From Candidatus Poribacteria bacterium (GTDB lineage Bacteria > Poribacteria > WGA-4E > WGA-3G), in the NCBI GenBank assembly GCA_963665235.2, contig CAXXLX010000001.1, positions 2,656,001 through 2,720,000 of the forward strand: 64,000 nt of DNA, read 5' to 3'. Made by a program: the position numbers and the translations under genes. Position 1 is the first letter of the stretch; each line of letters opens with the position of its first letter. The notes beneath the pieces were generated by a model. That model searched no databases and was not told the origin of the DNA. It saw nothing but the letters and a program-made list of their open reading frames with translations. Below are positions 40,098-49,912 of this stretch, piece after piece.

Positions 40098-41216
40098 GTG
40101 ACGAAAGCATCAGAGACATCCGCGCGGCAAATGGCGTTGATGCAGCGTGCATTAGATTTGGCAGCGAAAGCTAAAGGTTGTACCAGTCCGAATCCGCTTG
40201 TTGGTGCAATAATTGTTAAGGACGATGAGATTGTCGGTGAGGGGTATCATCAGAGGGCAGGTGAACCGCATGCAGAGGTGCACGCCTTACAGGCTGCAGG
40301 TGAAGCGGCGAAGGGAGGCACCCTGTATGTTAATTTGGAACCGTGTTGCCATTGGGGACGAACTCCCCCTTGCACTGATGGGCTTATTCAAGCAGGGATT
40401 GGGCAGGTCTATATTGCACATCGTGACCCTAACCCAAAAGTTGCAGGCAAAGGCATCCAGCAATTACAGGACGCAGGCATAGCTGTTACGGTGGGTTTGT
40501 GTGCAACTGCGGCGAAACAACTGAATGAAATTTACATAAAACATACAGAAACGGGGTATCCATTTGTTATTTTGAAACTAGCGATGAGCCTCGATGGGAA
40601 AATTGCTACAACGACTGGCGAATCACAGTGGATTACGGCCCCGATGTCACGACAAAGGGGGCATGAAATTCGCGATGAAGTAGATGCAATACTAGTCGGT
40701 ATCGGCACTGTGATAAGCGACAATCCTTCACTCACAACCCGACTTCCGCATAGGCAGGGGAAAGATGCAACGCGGATTGTCCTAGATTCCCGAGCGAGAA
40801 CGCCTACATCTGCCAAAATTTTCAATCCGGAAAGCGCGGCGACCGTAATCATTGCTGTCACACCGCAAGCCCCTATTGAGAAGGTGAGGCAATTGGAAAA
40901 TGTAGGAGCTGAAGTCCTTGTGATACCTGAAAAAGATGGACGCGTCTGTTTCAAAACGTTGATGCGGGTTTTAGGCGAGCGCGGGGTGACAAGTGTATTA
41001 GTAGAAGGCGGGAGTGAAGTCAACGCGAGTGCCCACGCTTCAGGTATTGTGGATAAGGTGATGTGCTTCATTGCCCCCAAGTTTATCGGCGGAAAAAACG
41101 CCCCTGGCCCCCTCGCCGGTGAAGGTATTGCACGGCTAGCAGAAGCATCAGAATTACAGAGACTTACAGTCACGCAACTTGACCGTGACCTATTGGTTGA
41201 AGGGTATTTCGTCTAA
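40098..41216 (+). CDS. ribD: Bifunctional riboflavin deaminase/reductase RibD
   Basis: PNPLVG, HAE, LEPCCH.GRTPPC, SLDGKIA, DNPSL, VEGG. Confidence 0.96.
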   Translation: MTKASETSARQMALMQRALDLAAKAKGCTSPNPLVGAIIVKDDEIVGEGYHQRAGEPHAEVHALQAAGEAAKGGTLYVNLEPCCHWGRTPPCTDGLIQAGIGQVYIAHRDPNPKVAGKGIQQLQDAGIAVTVGLCATAAKQLNEIYIKHTETGYPFVILKLAMSLDGKIATTTGESQWITAPMSRQRGHEIRDEVDAILVGIGTVISDNPSLTTRLPHRQGKDATRIVLDSRARTPTSAKIFNPESAATVIIAVTPQAPIEKVRQLENVGAEVLVIPEKDGRVCFKTLMRVLGERGVTSVLVEGGSEVNASAHASGIVDKVMCFIAPKFIGGKNAPGPLAGEGIARLAEASELQRLTVTQLDRDLLVEGYFV

Positions 41217-41217
41217 A

Positions 41218-41865
41218 ATGTTTACAGGAATCATTGAAGAAATTGGCACGATTGCTGAGGTACATCCAAAATCGGGTGGCCTCGCTGTCAAAATCGGGGC
41301 GGAAACGGTACTACAGGATGCAAAAGTGGGCGATAGCATCGCTGTTGATGGCCCATGCCTCACCGTAACTGCACTTGAACCGGGGGGCTTCATCGCCGAT
41401 ATTAGCGAAGAGACCTGCCGCAGAACTACTTTGCGGGCCTGTAAGGTCGGCATGTGCGTCAATCTGGAACGTTCACTCCGTCTCAGTGACCGCCTCGGTG
41501 GACATTTGGTGCTGGGCCATGTGGATGAGGTTGCCACTATTAGCGGTTGGAAAGATGAGGGGCTCTCTTCACGGATGCAGGTAACGGTCAGTGCAGCTGT
41601 CCAACCGTATATCACTTATAAAGGCTCGATTACTGTGGATGGTGTCAGTTTAACTATCGCCAACGTGTTCGGGGATAATTTTGAGGTCGCGCTGATTCCG
41701 CATACGTTGAAAGCAACGACGCTTGGTAAAAAACGAGTCCGGGACATTGTCAATATTGAGGTTGATGTCGTCGCACGGTACATTGAAAACTTAATGCGGC
41801 ACACGAAAACCCCACAAACAGAGACACTTAATCTGAAATTTTTACAGGAGCATGGATATAGCTAA
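41218..41865 (+). CDS. ribE: Riboflavin synthase (alpha chain)
   Basis: MFTGII, GDSIAVDG, GGHLVLGHVD. Confidence 0.95.
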   Translation: MFTGIIEEIGTIAEVHPKSGGLAVKIGAETVLQDAKVGDSIAVDGPCLTVTALEPGGFIADISEETCRRTTLRACKVGMCVNLERSLRLSDRLGGHLVLGHVDEVATISGWKDEGLSSRMQVTVSAAVQPYITYKGSITVDGVSLTIANVFGDNFEVALIPHTLKATTLGKKRVRDIVNIEVDVVARYIENLMRHTKTPQTETLNLKFLQEHGYS

Positions 41866-41888
41866 CAAGCTGAAGGTGAGGCAGCGTT

Positions 41889-43115
41889 ATGAGATTCAAT
41901 ACGATTCCAGAAGCCCTTTCTGCCATTAAAGCGGGTGAAATAATTATTGTCGTCGACGAACCGGACCGCGAAAACGAAGGCGACCTCATCATGGCCGCGG
42001 AAAAGGTGACTGCCGCCTCGATTAACTTTATGGCGAAATACGGACGCGGACTGATATGCCTTCCGACCTGTTCAGAACGGCTTACCGAACTTCAACTTAA
42101 CCCGATGGTGGTTGACAACACCGCACAGATGCAAACCGCGTTTACCGTAACAATTGATGCTAAAGAGGTCACCACAGGAATTTCTGCCCAAGAACGTGCC
42201 TATACGATTCGCAAATTTGTTGATGAGACGGCTGTTCCCTCAGACTTTGTGAGGCCTGGACACATATTTCCGTTGGAGGCAAAACCGGGGGGTGTTCTCC
42301 GACGCGCGGGCCATACCGAAGCAACGGTCGATCTGGCGCGTCTTGCGGGTTTATACCCGGCAGGTGTCTTGTGTGAAGTGCTCAACGACGATGGCACGAT
42401 GGCACGCGTTCCAGAACTGCTTGAATTCGCTCAACACCACAACCTCAAAATTATCACAATTTCTGACCTTATCGCATACCGCAGACGCACCGAAACGCTT
42501 ATTAAACGGGTGTCAACTGCTACAATACCCACAGCACACGGTGAATTCAAGCTGCACGCTTATGAAAGTAATGTCTACGGGAATCCAACCTCTACTGACT
42601 CCGCTGATATACATGATACACACGTTGCCCTCACGAAAGGCAAGATAGCTGATGAAAACCCGATCCTCGTTAGGGTTCACTCGCAATGCTTGACTGGCGA
42701 TGTGTTCGGCTCACTCCGATGTGATTGTGGTGAACAACTTGAAATTGCCCTTCAAAACATTGAAAACGCAGGGAGGGGTGTACTCCTCTATATGCGACAG
42801 GAGGGAAGGGGAATGGGGCTCAAGGACAAAATCCGCGCGTACCACCTCCAAGACAACGAGGGATTGGACACCGTTGAGGCGAATGAAAGGCTCGGATTTC
42901 CGCCCGATTTACGCGACTACGGAATAGGCGCGCAAATTCTCGCTGACCTAGGAGTCAAAAAGATGCGCCTTATGACAAACAACCCGCAAAAAGTTAAAGG
43001 ATTGTCCGGATACGGTTTGGAAATCGTTGAACGACTCCCGCTGCAAACAACACCGACCCCGTTTAACCAAGGCTATCTACAGACGAAACGGACGAAATTA
43101 GGACATCTTCTCTAA
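41889..43115 (+). CDS. ribBA: DHBP synthase / GTP cyclohydrolase II
   Basis: [36 protein letters not shown]. Confidence 0.96.
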   Translation: MRFNTIPEALSAIKAGEIIIVVDEPDRENEGDLIMAAEKVTAASINFMAKYGRGLICLPTCSERLTELQLNPMVVDNTAQMQTAFTVTIDAKEVTTGISAQERAYTIRKFVDETAVPSDFVRPGHIFPLEAKPGGVLRRAGHTEATVDLARLAGLYPAGVLCEVLNDDGTMARVPELLEFAQHHNLKIITISDLIAYRRRTETLIKRVSTATIPTAHGEFKLHAYESNVYGNPTSTDSADIHDTHVALTKGKIADENPILVRVHSQCLTGDVFGSLRCDCGEQLEIALQNIENAGRGVLLYMRQEGRGMGLKDKIRAYHLQDNEGLDTVEANERLGFPPDLRDYGIGAQILADLGVKKMRLMTNNPQKVKGLSGYGLEIVERLPLQTTPTPFNQGYLQTKRTKLGHLL

Positions 43116-43255
43116 CTTAAACAGTGAAGCCGAAAGGCCAGGGTGCTAACACAATTTCTAATCTAAGTTGCCATCTATAAATTTTTAGACTGGGGAACGC
43201 CGCTTTTAGTCAAAAAATGCTGATAATTATAACGTGAACTTTTAGGTTGCGCCCT

Positions 43256-43472
43256 TATGCTACAAACTAGGAAGTTTGTGCTACTATATGCCACAAACTA
43301 GGAAGTTTGTGCTACTATATGCTACAAACTAGGAAGTTTGTGCTACTATATGCCACAAACTAGGAAGTTTGTGCTACTATATGCCACAAACTAGGAAGTT
43401 TGTGCTACTATATGCCACAAACTAGGAAGTTTGTGCTACTATATGCCACAAACTAGGAAGTTTGTGCTACTA
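43256..43472. repeat. Seven tandem 31-bp palindromic REP units, no spacers
   Basis: TATGC(C/T)ACAAACTAGGAAGTTTGTGCTACTA x7. Confidence 0.95.
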
Positions 43473-43482
43473 TTAGGAAATA

Positions 43483-43953
43483 ATGACTATGCCAAATGTG
43501 TACGAAGGCCACCTGAATGGTACTGGACTCAAATTTGGAATTATCGTGAGCCGCTTCAATAGTTTTATCACAACAAAGCTCTTAGATGGCGCGCTTGATG
43601 CAATAAAACGGCACGGCGGTGATTTGGAGCAGGTGGATGTTGTCTGGGTTCCCGGGGCTTTTGAGATCCCCGGAATCGCTAAACAGCTTGCTGAAAGCGG
43701 ACGCTATGACGCAATTATCTGTATCGGTGCCGTTATTCGCGGGGCAACCCCACACTTCGATTATGTCGCTGCGGAAAGTGCTAAGGGGATTGCTAACGTC
43801 TCACTCGCTACAGGGGTGCCAATTATATACGGAATTATTACGACTGATACGATAGAACAGGCAATTGAACGTGCTGGCACAAAGTCCGGAAACAAAGGCG
43901 CGGAGGCCGCGGTGACGGCTATAGAGATAGCGAACCTCCGCAAAAAGCTTTGA
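43483..43953 (+). CDS. ribH: Lumazine synthase
   Basis: [30 protein letters not shown]. Confidence 0.96.
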   Translation: MTMPNVYEGHLNGTGLKFGIIVSRFNSFITTKLLDGALDAIKRHGGDLEQVDVVWVPGAFEIPGIAKQLAESGRYDAIICIGAVIRGATPHFDYVAAESAKGIANVSLATGVPIIYGIITTDTIEQAIERAGTKSGNKGAEAAVTAIEIANLRKKL

Positions 43954-43981
43954 ATCACGTCTCTCGGAGTCCAGAATTCAA

Positions 43982-44587
43982 ATGATAGCAATTATAGATT
44001 ACAAAGCAGGAAACTTGACGAGCGTTGCTCGTGCACTAAAACACCTCGGCTACGACAGCCAGATTACGGATACGCCTGAAACTATTCTCGCAGCGGAACG
44101 CGTGATTTTTCCGGGGGTCGGTGCCGCAAAAGCGACGATGGAAAACCTACAGCCCCGGCACCTTGATGAGGTCCTCCGCCAATTTTATGAATCTGGCAAA
44201 CCGATGCTCGGTATATGTATCGGTATCCAAATCCTTTTTCAGCACAGTGAGGAGGAGGATACCGAATGTCTCGGTATCCTCCCGGGTGTTGTTAAAAAAT
44301 TCAGGGAGCACCCCCAGCTCAAGGTCCCACAAATCGGATGGAATGAGGTGTACCAGACACGTTCACACGCCATCTTCGAGGACGTACCAAATCCAGCGCA
44401 CTTTTACTTTGTCAATTCCTATTACCCTGTGCCTGATACGGAGGGAATTGTCATCGGTAACACCACGTATGGACTTGAGTTTTGTAGTGTGATTGCTCAT
44501 AACAACCTGATTGCAACCCAATTTCACTTGGAGAAGAGCGGACGCGTCGGGTTGAAAATGTTAGAGAATTTCTTAAAATTGTGTTAG
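43982..44587 (+). CDS. hisH: Imidazole glycerol phosphate synthase glutaminase subunit
   Basis: IDYKAGNL, PGVG, GICIG, PQIGWN, QFHLEKSG. Confidence 0.93.
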   Translation: MIAIIDYKAGNLTSVARALKHLGYDSQITDTPETILAAERVIFPGVGAAKATMENLQPRHLDEVLRQFYESGKPMLGICIGIQILFQHSEEEDTECLGILPGVVKKFREHPQLKVPQIGWNEVYQTRSHAIFEDVPNPAHFYFVNSYYPVPDTEGIVIGNTTYGLEFCSVIAHNNLIATQFHLEKSGRVGLKMLENFLKLC

Positions 44588-44592
44588 GACTT

Positions 44593-46149
44593 ATGATTCA
44601 AAGTGTGTTTTTAGCCCTCGGTGTGTTAATTATCAACGTTGTTGTCTATGCATCGGGCATGCATCATTACTACTTTGTCATTTCACATCTTTACTACGGT
44701 GTGATGCTGTTAGCAGCAATTTATGAAAGTTCGCGCAACCAAAAATTGCTGCTCGGGTTAACAACAGTTGCCAATTGGGTGTCTGTCTTTTTCTTTCAAA
44801 AGGCGTTCCAAATAGAGGGTATTGTTATTGCCTTCCTGTATCCGGGTCTGGCGTTCCTTCTGCTGAGAACGATTCAGCAATTGCAGGTGCAGCGACTAAA
44901 TCGTGCGAAGGAGATGGATAGAATTAATAATACCAGAATCTCTTTAGAGAAACAGGTTCGCGACCTATCCACCGTTTTTGAGGTAAGTCAAGCAGCGAAC
45001 GATGCGCTTGAATTAGAGGAGCTCTTTCAGCGAATTATTGAAATTCTCTCCGAACGGCTCGGTATTTACCGGGGGACGTTGCACATCTATGAGAATGGGG
45101 AAATTGTGACATCCGCTGAGGTGGTTCTGGGGTTAACAGCGGCAGAACAGAAACGGGGCACGGACCACCAGATAGCGGAAATTGAGAAAGAAGTTCTGGC
45201 GAAAGGCGAAGCACGGGGTGTACCGCAGCACCGCCTTCCGCGGCAATTCGTTGAGCTGTTTTCCCCGGAACAGGTTGAATCTAAAGATAACATCGCCTTC
45301 TGGTGCCTGCCGGTAATCGTAGAGGAGCAGGTTATTGGAACATTGACAATTGACAAGGCAAAGGATGAACTTTCGGCAGCGGAAGATGAACAGGTTTTAA
45401 AAATCATCGCCTCAATCATCGCCCAACGTGTCAAAATTAAGCAAACGATTGACGCTTTAGTCCAATCCGAACGTTTGGCTGTTCTCGGTAAATTGGTGAC
45501 AACAATTGCACATGAAGTTCGAAATCCGCTCGGCAGTATTCGGTTGGCAACACAGCTTCTTAGCGAACCCACCAGCCGATTCGCACCGCTCTCTGAAGAG
45601 GAGCGCGTCGAAATTGATGAATACACCGCTATCATTATCAAAGAGGTTGACCGACTGAACCGTTCAATTGAACAGTTGCTCGCTTTCAGTAAACCCGCAA
45701 TTGCAAATGCGGAACCTTGCGATATTCACCAGTTGCTTGATAATTGTCTCGCTACCTATCAGGTAGAATTAGACCGATACAACATCAGTGTGGTACGCGA
45801 TTACACTGAATGCCCATCTGTGAATGTTAATCAGGATGGGATTACGCAGGTGGTTCTGAATCTATTTTCTAATGCCATGGAGGCCATGGAAAACAGGGGA
45901 ACTTTGACAATTCAGACACGGCTAGCGACTAAATCTGTCTACATTCGCGTGCAAGACACGGGGCCCGGTATTCCGCCCAATGAGGTGCCGCACCTCTTTG
46001 ATGCGTTTTATACCACAAAACAGAAGGGAACGGGGCTCGGGCTTTACATTAGTCAAAAAATTTTAGCAGAACATGAGGGAAGCATTGAAGTGGATGCTGA
46101 CCTCACAACCGGCACTGCTTTTATAATAACGCTTCCTATCGCACGTTAA
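44593..46149 (+). CDS. Membrane sensor histidine kinase with GAF domain (NtrB-like)
   Basis: TM N-terminus, GAF, AHEVRNPL, N box, DTGPG, FYTTK..GTGLGL. Confidence 0.9.
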   Translation: MIQSVFLALGVLIINVVVYASGMHHYYFVISHLYYGVMLLAAIYESSRNQKLLLGLTTVANWVSVFFFQKAFQIEGIVIAFLYPGLAFLLLRTIQQLQVQRLNRAKEMDRINNTRISLEKQVRDLSTVFEVSQAANDALELEELFQRIIEILSERLGIYRGTLHIYENGEIVTSAEVVLGLTAAEQKRGTDHQIAEIEKEVLAKGEARGVPQHRLPRQFVELFSPEQVESKDNIAFWCLPVIVEEQVIGTLTIDKAKDELSAAEDEQVLKIIASIIAQRVKIKQTIDALVQSERLAVLGKLVTTIAHEVRNPLGSIRLATQLLSEPTSRFAPLSEEERVEIDEYTAIIIKEVDRLNRSIEQLLAFSKPAIANAEPCDIHQLLDNCLATYQVELDRYNISVVRDYTECPSVNVNQDGITQVVLNLFSNAMEAMENRGTLTIQTRLATKSVYIRVQDTGPGIPPNEVPHLFDAFYTTKQKGTGLGLYISQKILAEHEGSIEVDADLTTGTAFIITLPIAR

Positions 46150-46207
46150 TTTTCAGTGCTAGATGCTTGCAAACTGACAGTTTGTGATAAAACTCGGGGT
46201 GATAGTT

Positions 46208-47635
46208 ATGCCCTATTCAATTCTCATCGCTGACGACAATGATAGTTACCGCAGGCTGCTTGCTGATGTCCTTGAGAAGGCAGGGTATCGGACCATCAGA
46301 GCCCGAAATGGCGCGGAGACGCTTGTTTGTGTACAGAACGAGGATATAGATGTTATCCTCCTCGATATTTTTTTAGGGGACGCTGATGGGCTGGAATTGA
46401 TGGAATCCATTCAGCAGCTGAACGCTGCTGCATCCGTTATTATCATCACGGGGCATGGGACCACGCAAACCGCTATCGAAGCAGCGAAACGCCGCGCTTA
46501 CGGTTACCTAACGAAAGTTGTCGACAATAAAAATCTCCTTGAACTTGTCGAACGCGCAGCAGCGGCGGCAAATCAAACAAAACGCGCCAAACCCGCAATT
46601 CCGGATATTCGCCTCGACAGAGATGGCAAGATGGTCGGGCAAAGTCCTATTATGCAAGAGGTTTATCAGATGATTGGACGCGCAGCCGTCAGCGATGAAA
46701 CTATACTCATTATGGGGGAAAGCGGGACCGGCAAGGAATTGGTTGCACAGCTCATCCACGAAAACAGCGCGCGCAGCGATAACCCGTTCATTGTCGTCGA
46801 CTGTAGCGCGATGCCTGTTAACCTCATTGAGAGCGCACTCTTCGGACATGTCAAGGGGGCGTACACGGATGCATATACCGCACGCAAGGGTAAATTTGAG
46901 CAGGCTGATAGTGGTACTATTTTTCTCGATGAAATTGGCGAATTGCCTATTGAGGTACAGATGAAATTGCTTCGCGTCCTTCAGGAACGGGAGGTCGAAC
47001 CTGTCGGTGGTAATGAGACTTGCCCCGTCGATGTCCGAATCATTGCTGCAACCAATAGACAACTTGATATAGCTGTTTCTGAGAAAACGTTTCGCGAAGA
47101 CCTTTACTACCGACTCAATGTTATCCCGATTTCGCTGCCCCCCCTCAAGGAACGAAAAGAGGATATTCCGGAACTGATTGACCTATTTACAAGTCGATTC
47201 TCCGAAGAATACGAACTCCCTAAACTCGGTATTTCCACTTCGGCACTTAAAAAGCTGACCGCCTATGAGTGGCCCGGCAACGTCCGAGAACTTGAAAACG
47301 CTATCAAACGGGCACTTGTTATGTGCTCCGGACAGATGCTCCTCACCGAACATTTTTCACAGATTTTAAACGAGCCGACACCGAGCAGCAATATTGAGGA
47401 TACACAAAATCTTAATCAGCACGTCTATGCCCTGCTCCAAGAACAGGTTACACAATACCTCCAATCTGAAGCGGAGGAGGGGCAACTTCATGACGCAATC
47501 CGAAAAATTTTTGAGAGACCGCTTTTGAAAATTGTCCTTGAACACACAAACGGTAATCAAACGAAAGCCGCGGATATCCTCGGCATCAACCGAAATACGC
47601 TGCATACAAAACTGACAGAGTATGGTATCAAGTAA
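46208..47635 (+). CDS. Sigma54-dependent response regulator (NtrC family)
   Basis: Receiver domain, GESGTGKE, GAYTDA, LFLDEIGE-like motif, WPGNVREL, Fis HTH. Confidence 0.92.
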   Translation: MPYSILIADDNDSYRRLLADVLEKAGYRTIRARNGAETLVCVQNEDIDVILLDIFLGDADGLELMESIQQLNAAASVIIITGHGTTQTAIEAAKRRAYGYLTKVVDNKNLLELVERAAAAANQTKRAKPAIPDIRLDRDGKMVGQSPIMQEVYQMIGRAAVSDETILIMGESGTGKELVAQLIHENSARSDNPFIVVDCSAMPVNLIESALFGHVKGAYTDAYTARKGKFEQADSGTIFLDEIGELPIEVQMKLLRVLQEREVEPVGGNETCPVDVRIIAATNRQLDIAVSEKTFREDLYYRLNVIPISLPPLKERKEDIPELIDLFTSRFSEEYELPKLGISTSALKKLTAYEWPGNVRELENAIKRALVMCSGQMLLTEHFSQILNEPTPSSNIEDTQNLNQHVYALLQEQVTQYLQSEAEEGQLHDAIRKIFERPLLKIVLEHTNGNQTKAADILGINRNTLHTKLTEYGIK

Positions 47636-47637
47636 TA

Positions 47638-47950
47638 TTTAGCAATTAGCAATTGGCAATTGGCAATTGGCGATTAGCAATTAGCAATTAGCAAGAGAAA
47701 GAGGTTTTTGACGCGCGGCACAGATATGCTTAGAATCTGAAACTCTTGCTATAGGTTTCCAACGGTTTCCAATAGCCAACGGTTTCCAATATTCTATAAA
47801 CATATCGCCCCGATGGGGATAGGTTGTGGGGGATTGCATTTTCTATAGAGCGGGGAGGGCGCTTGCACAGCACGCTCCTACAGAAGAGAAGCGGAGGGCG
47901 CGTGCACAGCACGCTCTTGAGGAGCGGTGCTTCGCACCGAATACTAGAAG
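47638..47950. repeat. Repeat cluster: heptamer array element, REPs and mini-element
   Basis: (AATT(A/G)GC)n array, GGTTTCCAA repeats, REPs at ~47858 and ~47898. Confidence 0.8.
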
Positions 47951-48190
47951 AGGGGTGTTGAACAAACGGAGAAAAATAGGGAGAAATAAATACCCTCGCC
48001 TCAGATTATATTTTTCTGGAATATCGATGAAAAAGCTGGTATAATATTCTGTAAGTAGTTTATTAAGGTTTATTTCAAAACCGAGGTAAGATTCTCAAAC
48101 GATATAATCCCCCCCGGCAGGGCTCGGTATTTTTAAAAACTTACCGACCCGCCGAGGAATATCAATAAGCGAAGGAAAGGGAATTTATCT

Positions 48191-48631
48191 ATGACAAATA
48201 CAAATAAGGAGACACGCTCTGCGTTGTTCACTGTTCGAGATGGTGAGGACGCTCTAATTCGTCTCATATTCATTTTCTATTCAATATTAGGAGGGATTAT
48301 CCTCCATGAGAGAATACTTGAGGGTCGGACGTGGTCTGCGGCCTTTTCCGTGATGGTAGAGCATGGCGGTGAAGCGTTGACCTGGGCTACAAGTCTCACC
48401 CTAACTATAGAAGGAGTTATGATTATGTTTTCACGTCTTCAAGACCATCGGGACAGACGGAAAAGACGCTTCGAGGAAGCACGAGCCGAAGGGAAAGCCG
48501 AAGGCAGAGCCGAAGGCAAAACCGAGATTTACAAAGAAATCGCTGAATGGAATAACAGGCGGCTCAACGCACAAGCACAAAATCAACCATTCACCGAACC
48601 GTTCCCCGAACCCCCTGATACTACTCATTAG
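48191..48631 (+). CDS. Hypothetical membrane protein with AEG(K/R) repeat tail and an in-frame internal start at 48419
   Basis: Hydrophobic N-terminus; AAGGAG-TT-ATG at 48411-48421; EEARAEGKAEGRAEGK. Confidence 0.7.
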   Translation: MTNTNKETRSALFTVRDGEDALIRLIFIFYSILGGIILHERILEGRTWSAAFSVMVEHGGEALTWATSLTLTIEGVMIMFSRLQDHRDRRKRRFEEARAEGKAEGRAEGKTEIYKEIAEWNNRRLNAQAQNQPFTEPFPEPPDTTH

Positions 48632-48648
48632 CGATTAGCTAAGGAGTT

Positions 48649-48873
48649 ATGATTATGTTTTCACGTCTTCAAGACCATCGGGACAGACGGAAAAGACGCT
48701 TCGAGGAAGCACGAGCCGAAGGGAAAGCCGAAGGCAGAGCCGAAGGGAAAGCCGAAGGCAAAACCGAGATTTACAAAGAAATCGCTGAATGGAATAACAG
48801 GCGGCTCAACGCACAAGCACAAAATCAACCATTCACCGAACCGTTCCCCGAACCCCCTGACACTACTCATTAG
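48649..48873 (+). CDS. Stand-alone duplicate of the internal mini-ORF, with one extra AEGK repeat
   Basis: 48641-48882 duplicates 48411-48640, including the RBS. Confidence 0.65.
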   Translation: MIMFSRLQDHRDRRKRRFEEARAEGKAEGRAEGKAEGKTEIYKEIAEWNNRRLNAQAQNQPFTEPFPEPPDTTH

Positions 48874-48882
48874 CGATTAGCT

Positions 48883-49390
48883 ATTGGCGATTGGCGATTG
48901 GCAAGAAATATAAGAGGGTTCTTTCTCTTTGTTTTCTTTCTCTTGCTAATTGCTAACTGCCAATTGTTATACTAAAGGTTGGACAATTTTAGGGGTGTTT
49001 AACGTTCTGGTCAAAGGGATAGGTGGCAGGGTGGCAGGTTGGATTTCGCGTGTGTTGTCAGAATCGAGGATTATCGCGGAGGACACGGATTATGCGGATT
49101 TTAAGGTGTGTATGCGTCAAGGTTTTGTGATTAAGTGATGTTGGTTTTTTTGTCTGAATCGCGGATTACACAGAGGACAGAGAGAACGCTGAAAGAAGAG
49201 GGGTTTGGGTAAAATCTATAAACATATCGCTATTGGCGATTAGCAATTAGCGATTGGCAATTGGAAACCAGAGGAATAGGTTTTTGACGCGCGGCAGAGA
49301 TATGCTTAGCATCACAACCTTCTTGCTAACGGTTTCCAACGGTTTCCAACAGCCAATATTTTATAAACATACCGCCCCGCTGGGGCTGCA
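48883..49390. repeat. Stack of dispersed repeats (heptamer-flanked element, octamer element, REP)
   Basis: Matches 61076-61182, 2183-2430 and 47638-47820. Confidence 0.75.
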
Positions 49391-49888
49391 GTGATAGCAC
49401 CCAACGCCTAAAGGCGTGGGAAACCTCGGTTTCGTAGCAACTGCGGTTTACTCAGAGAGTTTACCGTCTAACTGTCGCTCCACCAGTAGGCGATTCCCCT
49501 TGGGTGAAACTCCCTTGGGCACATCAGGCGTAACACAACCCTGGCTATCCCTACCTACCTCGTTCTCTGTTGAGAACGATAATTTGAGAAAGGGGCAGCA
49601 ATACAACGTGCAGACTTTCACCTCTGCTCCGATACAAGCTTTCGCCTTTGGCGCGTTAACTGCCCAGTATACTTTTTGAGTGGTCTAACACTAACACTAC
49701 ACACCTTCTCACAGGTGAGGGATAGCACCTGCACTGAGTTGTGTGCAGGGTGAGAATGCTATCCAAAAGTGTCAGTTTAATTATACCACAGTTTTTGGTG
49801 AAAGTCAAATTAATTTTCAGGGATTACACCCTTAGCGGGCTTATATCCTATACCGTGCAAAAGGATTGGGCTTTACGCCCGAAGTCCC
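49391..49888 (-). mobile_element. Non-autonomous IS200/IS605-family element (PATE-like), no transposase
   Basis: Minus strand left end TTAC|GGGACTTCGGGCGT-AAAG-CCCAATCC..GGATATAAGCCC; right end CCCACGCCTTTAGGCGTTGGG-TGCTA-TCAC|. Confidence 0.78.
49780..49808 (-). promoter_or_regulatory. Strong sigma70 promoter inside the IS200/IS605 element
   Basis: TTGACT-17 nt-TATAAT, with a TG extended -10. Confidence 0.7.
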
Positions 49889-49912
49889 GTAAATAACGTA
49901 GAGGAAACACTC

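Noticed and set aside
43256-43472. Possible CRISPR array (31-bp palindromic repeats)
   Set aside because: The units are contiguous with no unique spacers, there are no cas genes, and the same unit occurs singly elsewhere as a REP.
49416-49679. 87-aa ORF as a transposase fragment
   Set aside because: No HUH, RuvC or zinc-finger motifs; it is antisense to the element's internal promoter.
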